Shown here piece by piece: positions 21,601 to 30,194 of a DNA stretch of 30,194 nucleotides. Numbering within the stretch: position 1 is the first letter of the stretch; each line of letters starts with the position of its first letter. This DNA comes from Saprolegnia diclina VS20 (lineage: Eukaryota), in assembly GCF_000281045.1 (NCBI RefSeq), contig NW_008246081.1, forward strand, positions 446,986-477,179, written 5' to 3'. A model generated the notes under the pieces. It had not been told where the DNA came from. It saw nothing but the letters and a program-made list of their open reading frames with translations, and ran no database searches. A program made the translations under genes and the position numbers.

Positions 21601-24410
21601 CCTCGTGGTTGTGCTCGACTTCGAAGGCCTCGGGTCGTTTGAGCGTTCGGCGCAAGAAGACACACTGCTCTCGGTGCTCAACGCGGCCGTCTCGCGCCTC
21701 ACAGTGTTTCGCATCGAGATGCGCTTTGACAAGGACGTGGACGGTATGTTTGCGAAGTTTCAGCAAGGCGTCGCGCTGCTCAAGGGCGACGAGCGCCTTT
21801 TCTGCGGCCGTCTGCTTCTCAACGTCAAGGACGTCAACCCGCACGACCAAGCGTCGGTCGTTGCCGAGTTCAAGTCGAAGCTCGAGGCGGTTTTGAGTGA
21901 AAACAAGGCCAACAACTTTGTCAAGGTCATGTATGGCGGCGGCACGACCATCACGTGCTGTCCACCGCTTGGCAACCAAGGCTATTACGATGCGCTAGAA
22001 GAAGCCGCTTGCAGCTTGCACGCTGCGCGCGCCAAGGCCTATGCGAACGGCGCCGACTGTCACGACACGCTGAACATGGTGCTGGCCAAGATTTCGCTGC
22101 TCGACTGGACCGACATGGGCGATAATGTGCAAGCCCACAAGTTGGCGCAGCTGTGCGACGACATTCGCCATGCTCTGCGCTATGGCTGTCTCGACGATGA
22201 CGAGACGCTTGGCCCGGACGACGATGCGACGATGACGGCCCAGCGACAAGCCATGGTCTTCGATTCCCATCTCGACCTGCCACCCGACGAGATGCTCGAG
22301 TTCGAGCTGGATGCAGCCGACGACGACGTGGCGTCGACTCTGGCGTCGGCAAAAACCATCTTGTTGTGCTACCTGGAGCAGTTTCTGATGCAAGTGGACG
22401 CACCGCGCAGTCTGGTGCTGGAAGCGCGCTTTGATGTTGTGTGGAACTTTGTCGTCTGGCGCCGCGAGTACCGCGTGCGGTCGTGGTTTGCGTCGCTCGC
22501 AGCCAGTGGCCGCGACGAAGCCGATTTGCTGGACGTTTGCGTGCGCCGGATGAAGCAGTACCTGCGCCGCTGCCAGCACACGTGCGCCAAGTGCCAGCTT
22601 GGGTGTTTTGAGTCGATTTTGCACGAAGCCAACGTCGACCATGACTGCGGCACAGACCACACGTGCGCAGGCTGCTGCTCGTACTGCACGGCGGGCAATG
22701 TGCCGTGCGGGGCCGCCGCCGGACACACTGGCCCCTGCAACTGTACATACGCCAACCACACGTGCACGTCCCCCTGTGTGATGGCGAGTGCGAGCAACTG
22801 CGACGGCGACTGCCACCTGCCCGTCGACCACGACGGACCGCACGCGTGCAACGTGGCCGAGCATCGCTGCAGCCACGCGTGCACGGCGCCCGACTGCCGC
22901 AGTCTGTGCACGCAGCTCTTTGCCATCACCCACGATCGTCACGACTGCGGATCGTCCAGTTGTATGCGTGGCTGCAGCATTGCGGGGTGCTCTCGCCTGT
23001 GCCATGTCCAAGACCACTTTCATGCTGCCGGCCATACCTGCGGCGCGGACCACCGATGCGCCACCGAGTGCGCGGCCGACGGCTTATGCGAGGTCAAGGT
23101 GCAGCGTACGCCGACGACCTTTGAGGGCGGCCGTGGCACGTTTGAATACACGCAGCAAACGATGGTCGGCGTGCGCAAAAAGTGTGCGGCCTTGCTGCCA
23201 GTCGGGGCGCTCGATCACGACGGCGCCGCGCACCGCTGCGACGCGACTGACCACACGTGCGCTGCGCAGTGCCCGTGTTGCCGCTACTACTGCACCAAAG
23301 CTGTCGGTCACGCGGGTTTGCACGCGACGTCGCACGGCAACATGACGGAGACGTACTTTGTCTCGGATGTTGCCAGCGTTGACATTGCCGGACGGGCCTA
23401 CGTGGCGGGCGAAGACGGCGTTGCCGAGATGTGTCCTTTCTTTTGTTCGAAGATGGGACGCGGCCACGTGCACTATGTCCCGTGCGACCACGCGAGCGCC
23501 GATCTCTGCAATGCCTCGGACGGGCGCCGCCACTGCACGACGGCGTTGGAGCCACACCCGACACGGCCCATGGACGAAGTGCTCCACGCAACGTACTGGA
23601 AGATGCAAGGGTGGGAGGACCCGGTGGCAAGTGCCATGGACCGCAACGCCTTTGGCTTGTGTCCGTACCAGTGCGCGGCCCCCAGCCACAAGGAAGGCGA
23701 GACGTCATTTTGCACGTTGGAGGCCTGGCATGCGCCGGTGGTGGCCAACGCGCCGCCCGGCCACACACTCGCGCGCGGCCACGTGCTGCCATGCACGCAC
23801 ACGGCGCATCGCGGCCAGGTGCACCACGTGTTTGTCCTCGACACGTCGGGCTCGATGCGCGGCCAGCGGTGGACTGACGCCAAAAACGCTGTGTACGAAT
23901 ACATTGCTCAGCAGCGCGCCAAGAAGGGGGCCATGTACCCCGACATTGTGTCGGTCATTTCCTTTAGCGAAGGCAGCCAAATCGTCTACGAAGGTCGGTC
24001 GCTGTGCAAGATGGGCCGCAAGACGTGTGCGGCGATTCCGTTTCGCGGCTTCGGCACCAACTACAATGACGGTCTGCGCGCGGCGATCGAGGTGCTGTCG
24101 CGCAACGACCACACGACGTACACGCCGGTGCTGCTCTTCTTTACGGACGGCCGCCCCCACCACGCGAGCAATGGCGTCGACTTGGCACGGCANNNNNNNN
24201 NNNNNNNNNNNNNNNNNNNNNNNNNNNNNNNNNNNNNNNNNNNNNNNNNNNNNNNNNNNNNNNNNNNNNNNNNNNNNNNNNNNNNNNNNNNNNNNNNNNN
24301 NNTACCACAATGCCGTCGACGGCGTTGAACTTCTTGCGACGTTTACCGAGATCGCGGTCGCCGTGCACGCCAAGACGGGGCTGGTCTCGCGCAGCGCAGT
24401 ACCGTACTAG
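18611..24410 (+). CDS. Giant (about 1900 aa) intronless GBP/VLIG-type P-loop GTPase with Cys/His-rich repeat array and C-terminal vWA domain; interrupted by an assembly gap
   Basis: G1 GKQSTGKS (21482-21505), G2 RCTDGVW, G3 LDFEGLGSFERS; about 400 aa of C/H-rich repeats (about 22570-23800); vWA MIDAS VFVLDTSGSM, GTNY, FFTDG. After the N run the vWA-like end YHNAVDGVELLATFTEIA...* stops at 24410. Start MASRMTVA at 18611 is inferred. Confidence 0.88.
24193..24302. other. Assembly gap (110 N) within the vWA domain
   Basis: Run of n characters. The reading frame differs on the two sides, so the gap length is probably an estimate. Confidence 0.99.
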
Positions 24411-24582
24411 CAGGCTGGGCAGCGCTCGGAGTCAAGGAAGGAATTCGACGACTGAAAGCCAAAATAAAGTTTTTCTACAGTCGAATTACAAAAGAAAACA
24501 CATAGTCGCATTTGTTAACTTTGATGAGACTGCAGTACGTGCGAGGACAAGGACCGGACATGCTGTCCGCACAGCTCAGGTC

Positions 24583-25893
24583 TTAGTTGCCGCACCATTT
24601 GAAGGCACTGTTGGTCGCGCACTGCGCTGCGGTCCAGCCCACAAAGCACGCATCGGTGGGCGCGTAGTAGCAGTTGGTACAAGCACCGCACGACGGCTTG
24701 GGCGCCGACGTCGATGGCACGGGGGTCGGCGTCACGGTCGGTGTCACCGGAGCAGGTGTCACGGTCGGGAACACGGACGTCGGTGTCGGCGACGCGGTGG
24801 GTGCAGGTGTCACCGGCGATGCCGTCGGCGTGGGTGCCGGACCACCCCCGCCAAGGCCGTCGAGCGCTTGGCGCACCGGCTTGGAGAAAGCGTAGCCGTC
24901 GTAGCTATCCCAGTTGATGCTCCACGTCATGACACCGCGGTACGTCGGGTACGTCGTCTTGGGCTTGATCGTATCGCAGCCGACCCCTTGGACGAGGCAC
25001 GTGAGCGTGCGCTTGACGGTCTCGGGCGTCACAAAGCCGCGCCCAGCCGACTTGGGTCCTGACGGCACACCGAACGAGACCTGGTCCGGACGCAGACCGT
25101 TGAACTTCCAGCCAGCGCCATAGTTGGTCTGGAACCCCTCGATGAGCATGAGCGAGCCGCCGACGAGGCAGTCGACCGTGCCTTCGTTGAGCGTGCGGCC
25201 GTCCGTGTAGACAAAGCCGCCGTTGTTGTAGTACTGGACGTGGATCTGCGTGAGCTCGTTGCGGAGTCCGTCAATGATCGGGAGGTAGGCGCCCCAGATA
25301 CCGCCGTACGCGCCGTGGCCACCTTGGACGTACGGATGCTCGGGCGCCATCGAGAGGTAGAACGAGTCGCCGATCTTTTGCTTGAGCTGCTTGACACCGG
25401 AAATCAAGTTGTTGATGATCGGGAGACCTTGCGAGACGCCGTTCTCCAAGTCCAGATCGATGCCGTCAAAGCCATACTTGGTCAGGATACCATGGACGCT
25501 CGAGACAAAGTTGGCCGTCTCAGTCGCATCGCTCAGCGAGACGGCGCCGTCTTGGCCACCGAGCGAGAGCACGATGGTCTTGCCGGCAGCCTTGAGCGCG
25601 GCGACGTCCTTGATGAACTGCTCCTCCGAGCCGGCGGCCGGGTCCAGCTCAAAGCCGACCTTGCCCTGACCGAGCGACGACGCGAACGCAATGTTGATGA
25701 CGTCCCAGTCCTTGGAGATCTGGCTCAGCGGGTATGTGGCGCCCGACGGGTTGGGAAAGTTATGCCAGTAGCCGACGAGCGGATGCGTCGCGACCTTGTT
25801 TTGAACGCTGTTGACCCACGGGTATGACTCGGAGTGCACTTGGGTGGCCGAGGCGACCGACGCAGCGAGCGCGAGGACAGACACAATGTTCAT
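24583..25893 (-). CDS. Secreted GH18 chitinase with Pro/Thr linker and C-terminal 6-Cys putative chitin-binding module; intronless, 436 aa
   Basis: Signal MNIVSVLALAASVASA, LVGYWHNF, SLGG, catalytic FDGIDLDLE (DxxDxDxE), LSMAPE, HVQYYN, RGVMTWSINWD, PTPT linker, and CGACTNCYYAPTDACFVGWTAAQCATNSAFKWCG. Confidence 0.97.
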   Translation of the reverse strand: MNIVSVLALAASVASATQVHSESYPWVNSVQNKVATHPLVGYWHNFPNPSGATYPLSQISKDWDVINIAFASSLGQGKVGFELDPAAGSEEQFIKDVAALKAAGKTIVLSLGGQDGAVSLSDATETANFVSSVHGILTKYGFDGIDLDLENGVSQGLPIINNLISGVKQLKQKIGDSFYLSMAPEHPYVQGGHGAYGGIWGAYLPIIDGLRNELTQIHVQYYNNGGFVYTDGRTLNEGTVDCLVGGSLMLIEGFQTNYGAGWKFNGLRPDQVSFGVPSGPKSAGRGFVTPETVKRTLTCLVQGVGCDTIKPKTTYPTYRGVMTWSINWDSYDGYAFSKPVRQALDGLGGGGPAPTPTASPVTPAPTASPTPTSVFPTVTPAPVTPTVTPTPVPSTSAPKPSCGACTNCYYAPTDACFVGWTAAQCATNSAFKWCGN

Positions 25894-25915
25894 GGAAGCG
25901 TGTGCGCGGCGATGG

Positions 25916-25931
25916 AAAATGAAAAGTGAGT
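25916..25931 (-). promoter_or_regulatory. Oomycete INR/FPR core promoter of the chitinase
   Basis: The minus strand reads ACTCACTTTTCATTTT, a 14/16 match to GCTCATTYYNCAWTTT, about 22 nt upstream of the ATG. Confidence 0.75.
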
Positions 25932-27120
25932 TGCAATTCCCATAGCGAGATCCAAGACTTGGGTCTCAACTCGTGTTGCAGTCGAATCGTGGCTCTGAGA
26001 ATGCACTTGTCCAATATCAAACTCACTACAAAAGACGGCAAACGTCGTTGTCGCTGCTCTGCCACGATCGCAAGTTGAAGTTGGCATGGTCATCGACAAA
26101 CTCTTTGGGTCGACTGGTGCCGCGTGATGCGCTCCTTCTTCCGATGCTTCAAGCTCATATGGTGCGACGACGCTGAGTATTGTCTACTTTGACAAAATGG
26201 AGCGATCACAGGGCTGCGATTCCTATTGAAATCACACTGTAATCGTGCATACAACTGCATTTCACAGTATTCAGCCGAGTCATGGTTCCACTCTTTCACG
26301 TCGAGGTATGGAGGGCATGCGAGCTGGACATGCGGTATGTCAAGAGTCGCAATTTCTAGGTCATGGAATACCATCATCAATCCTTGGCAAGCGATCTGGT
26401 GTGGAGCGGCAGCGTGACTGTGCTCCGTAGAGTAAAGGCCACAACGTCCATCAGCCATAGCGCCGTTTGTCAAAAAAAGTCTATAGAACTTAAGCAGGTG
26501 TATTGGTTGTCTGGGAGTTATCATATTCTGACATTTTTGTGCGTAAATCTCACCTGCCGACATAAAACCCGCCTTGAAACGTGCACCGCAAATATTAAAC
26601 TGCTGAGCCTAACAGCTGCCTTCATGATGGAGACACATCTGCTATTTAGGGGTGGGGTTGGTCTATTCCATCCAGTCTGCCCCTTCTATGCTGGAATAAT
26701 CGAGCGTGATCGGCCCACGCTTTTTGCGGCAGAACGCCTGGTTCATACTCAGAGACTGATCCCGACCAGTTGCTCCGACTTTCGGTTTGACAAGCGTCCG
26801 ACAAGGCCTGGTTATGGACCCTTGATTCTGATACGCAGTAATGTGGGACGATCCTTCCAGCCTCACGAAGCGCGGCAGTACCATCGATATATTTTGGGCA
26901 ATCTAGAGGCTTATTTTTCTGACAATGCTCTGTCAGACCCAGCGTCGTCGTGTGTGGCTAGCCACATTGTAGGCGCTGGTACGGGCCTTGCACGTCGATC
27001 GATGCCTAACGCGGCGGCAGTCTCGTTGATGCTACATCCAACTGCCCCGCGCACTTGAAGAGAAATCGAGGCGTGGGATGTTGGTTGTTCTGCCACAGGG
27101 CAGTGACTTTGAACCGCACC

Positions 27121-27136
27121 CGTCACTTCACAACGC
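27121..27136 (+). promoter_or_regulatory. INR/FPR-like element upstream of the small secreted ORF
   Basis: TCACTTCACAA (27123-27133) fits TCAYTYYNCAW, about 20-30 nt before ATG 27151. Confidence 0.55.
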
Positions 27137-27150
27137 GCCTAGTCCTGAGC

Positions 27151-27333
27151 ATGCGCCCCTTTGCCCTTCTCGTTGCGGTCGCGGCCCTTGCTGCCACGAC
27201 GCTGGTCGATGCGGCCAACCTCCGTGCTACTGACGACAAGCCCGATACGTACCCATGGGTCAACAGCGCAGACGTCGGCCAGCGCGTCGCGAGCTCAGAT
27301 CCGAGCGCCGACACCTACCCGTGGGTCAACTAG
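27151..27333 (+). CDS. 60-aa secreted micro-protein / repeat-peptide precursor with two DTYPWVN units
   Basis: MRPFALLVAVAALAATTLVDA (signal peptide) - ANLRATDDKP-DTYPWVN-SADVGQRVASSDPSA-DTYPWVN*. GC3-rich codons in an AT-richer intergenic background, an upstream INR, and repeat copies differing only at three synonymous positions. Confidence 0.85.
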   Translation: MRPFALLVAVAALAATTLVDAANLRATDDKPDTYPWVNSADVGQRVASSDPSADTYPWVN

Positions 27334-28073
27334 GAAGGTCTGGGAGCTGCTGTGTGTATAAACGTTCATGTTCCTTGTCTGCGTACAAGTCTGTCTACAA
27401 AGCGGTGCCAGTCCTCGACTACTATACCATGTCCATGCCGATCACCAGTGCAACCACATTTGCCATAGCAAGATAGCTATGAGAATCCATACATAAATCG
27501 TTGAACTTGTCCTCATCTCGCTTGCACATCACCGAGCCATCTTCTTGAAAGCCCAAACCACAAGGGCAGCTTCGAGTGCGAACATATATACACACTTCAC
27601 ACTCTAGCTTCTCCATCTCGAAACGACATACTAGTATACCTAGTCGTGCTGAATTTGCCCACCGACGTTCCTATGTCCACGTCGTGCAGGCAACTTACCA
27701 CACCGCCCATACGAACCCACCCATATCTTGACACATCATAGCGCAATATTACCGTATAAAACACGTCAAGAATGTCCGAAGAAAGTTTGGTCCCATTATC
27801 TTGTTTCGATCCGTCAATAGCCGTGTCACCTCAAATCAACAGCTTGACCTTATATCAACCCTCATGTACACCGCGTCTAAGTTGCTCTTGCGAGAGGCAA
27901 TGTCTTGGTGCGTGGGCGCAGCACGTTTCGGCGTGACATCCTTTTTACCGTAAACACAATGTAAAATCACCGTCAAAACAGCGTTCTTGACGTCCTATCG
28001 CCGTCAAGATACCGGCGCCAGCTGGTCCATCGCTATCGAATCTCGCGCATCATTTTCGCATCCGGCAAGCCCC

Positions 28074-29714
28074 ATGCACGAGACGCACGAAGCGACCCGT
28101 GCGCTCTTGTCGCCGGCTACGTACCGCCAGCACCCACTCTCGCGACCAGGTACACGCACCTCTCGCATGACCTTGATGCAGACAGGCGGTGATGCATAGT
28201 CGTCCGCGGGACAATCGCGATATGTGTGCTCGTGGCTGTGCTCGCTTTGGTCGCGTGGGCAACACTCCCGGATTTACCACAAAGTGCCATGTCGGTTCCG
28301 GTCCTTTCCCGCGCCGACTATGACGACCTGATTGACCCCGAGACGGCGCCCACGCTGCTGACGTTGCTGGCGATCGGCGACTGGGGCGGCACGCTCGGGA
28401 AGGAGATGGGCGACCCGGGCTCGTGCTGTGTCATGTACAATGGGTCGGTCGACACGCGGTCAAATCGATATAAGGTCGACTTTTATGCGCAGGCGTACGT
28501 CGCGGACCTCCTGGCGGCGTCCGCCGCGCAGCTCTCGCCCGCCCGCATCGTCTCGCACGGCGACAACATCTACTGGGTCGGCGTCGGCATGGACAACGCA
28601 GCGTACCGTCTGGAGCAGACGTTCGAGGCCATGTACGACCAGCCGTCGCTGCGCCACATCCCGTGGCTCAACGTCGCAGGCAACCACGACATTGGCGGGG
28701 CCAGTTTCATCTGCGGCGACAAGGAGCCGTACTACGAGTGCAGCAGCGCAGACGAGCTCGTCGCGTACTTGGATCGGCGCTTTGAAGCACAAGCCTCGTA
28801 CAAGAGCCCGCACGGCGACCGGTACCGTTGCGTGTGCGATAACCCTACATTGCGATCACTGTGTGTTTAGCTGGGTGCTGCGCGATCACTACTACCTGGA
28901 GCGCATAGTGCGGGACAAGATTGTCGTCGAAGTGTACAACATCGACACCAACAACGCCGACAACCACGGTGGCGCGTCCGTCTGCTGCCAGTGCTATGGG
29001 TACGCGGCGAAATACGGCTTCAACGCGGGCGAGTGCGACGCCGCGACCCGGGGCGACCGCGGCTGTGTCCTCGGCAACACGGAAATGTTTGACGCGTGCA
29101 TGGACCGCATCGACAGCTGGGCCGACGACTCGTACACGCGCATGGCGGCGGACCTCGCCGTCTCGGACGCGGACTTTACGCTCGTCAACACGCATTTTTC
29201 ACCGCATTACCACATGGCACCAGCCAAAATGGCCCGCTGGATCGAACTTTGCGAGCGCTTCAAGGTCACTGCGTGGCTCAACGGCCACACACACGGCTTC
29301 AACCACGACATTGGCATATGGGGAATTCACTTCTTCATGAACGGCGGCGGTGGCGGGTACTTCACCGCCAACAACCCGATCGTGACGACGCCGACGATTC
29401 AAAAGTACGTTCTTATTCCTTAAATGGGATTGAGTCGACGATACTTATTGATGGATAGTCAATGGCTCGTGGTCGGGGAGCCGTACGGCTTTCTCGAGCT
29501 CAGCTTTTCGCGCGACTGGCTCAAGGTGCAGTTTGCGACGTTTGATTCGGACTGGCGCTTTGGCGGCTTCGACCTGTCTGAGACGACCGTCGGCGGCGTC
29601 GCGCGCGGCCACTGCTGGTTCCTCCCGCGTGCCAGCGCTGGCGTGTCACCCGTCGGACTCGAGTGCAATGCGTCGTTCAATGGACCAATCGGTGCTCCCT
29701 TGCAGTGGCGTTAA
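28074..29714 (+). CDS. Calcineurin-like metallophosphoesterase, purple acid phosphatase/TRAP-like, 4 exons, N-terminal membrane anchor
   Basis: Introns 28150..28199, 28822..28870 and 29405..29458 restore one frame. Metal-ligand motifs GDWG, GDNIY, GNHD, VNTH, GHTH; hydrophobic IAICVLVAVLALVAWA after a short N-terminal tail. Confidence 0.92.
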
Positions 29715-29774
29715 ATTCCGATTGGGTGGTCTTTTGGTCTAAACATTCGAGAAAAATGGATATACAAAACGTCT

Positions 29775-30194
29775 TTATCCAGGTTTAACACTGTAAATAT
29801 GCGATACAAAGATGCATGTAACTAGGAAACGATGTACTTACCACGCGTCGGATGATGACGAGGCATCTGTCGAGCCCGAGTTGCTGGTCGAGTCGGATCC
29901 ACTGTCGGACGACCACGAGTCGCTGCCGGCGTCAGACGGAGAAATTGTGGGGTCGTCAATGATTGGCTCGTCGGAAGTCGCACCGCACCATGTAAAGACT
30001 GCGCTCGTGGCGCACTGCTCGGCGGTCCAACCCACAAAGCACGCGTTGGTTGGAGCGTAGTAACAGTTGGTGCACGAGCCACACGACGACACTGGGGACG
30101 GCGTGCTCGGTGTGGGCATGTCACTCGAGGGGTTAGGGGTCGGCTTCATCGTTGGTAAATCTGACGGTGCGTCCGTAGGCTCATCTGACGGCTC
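29775..30194 (-). CDS. 3' end of a protein with Pro/Thr/Ser linker, the same 6-Cys module as the chitinase, and a Ser/Asp-rich tail (probable chitinase paralogue or other chitin-active enzyme); 5' part outside the window
   Basis: CGSCTNCYYAPTNACFVGWTAEQCATSAVFTWCG (29982-30083) is 27/34 identical to the chitinase module. The ORF ends at 29838 unspliced, or at 29775 if the GTAAGT...TTTACAG intron 29841..29791 is used. Confidence 0.75.

Noticed and set aside
18395..23904. Numerous long antisense and alternative-frame ORFs over real genes
   Set aside because: Expected shadows of GC3-rich coding sequence; none carries recognisable motifs.
24193..24328. Apparent frameshift or pseudogenisation at the end of the giant GTPase
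   Set aside because: The frame change coincides with an N gap of estimated size, and the downstream frame gives a sensible vWA C-terminus.
26363..27058. 231-aa + strand ORF between the chitinase and the micro-protein
   Set aside because: AT-richer, lacks the GC3 bias of real genes here, has no recognisable motif, and is probably promoter-region sequence.

Overview
Eukaryotic, GC-rich, gene-dense DNA with many short (about 40-55 nt) spliceosomal introns and INR/FPR-type core promoters. It is best read as an oomycete, probably Saprolegniales (inference). About 14 genes are present: a partial S28 serine peptidase (-), OGG1, a CaMK1-like kinase, an orphan secreted glycoprotein, a cytochrome P450, EFCAB10, CYB5D1, an RCC1-repeat/IQ/coiled-coil protein, an LRR-TM-TKL receptor kinase, a giant intronless GBP/VLIG-type GTPase with a Cys/His array and vWA domain (crossing a 110-N gap), a secreted GH18 chitinase, a 60-aa secreted micro-protein, a purple-acid-phosphatase-like metallophosphoesterase, and the 3' end of a probable second chitinase-type gene. 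The best novelty candidate is the 60-aa micro-protein divergently transcribed from the chitinase. It carries two copies of DTYPWVN, which differ only at synonymous sites, and the same YPWVNS motif sits in the chitinase's N-terminal extension, suggesting a linked chitinase/peptide system. Also notable are two triplet clusters of a 15-bp direct repeat (GAGACCAGGCATTGG) followed by hairpins in a gene-poor region, and a GC-AG first intron in OGG1. All family assignments are by motif recognition by eye; no searches were run.
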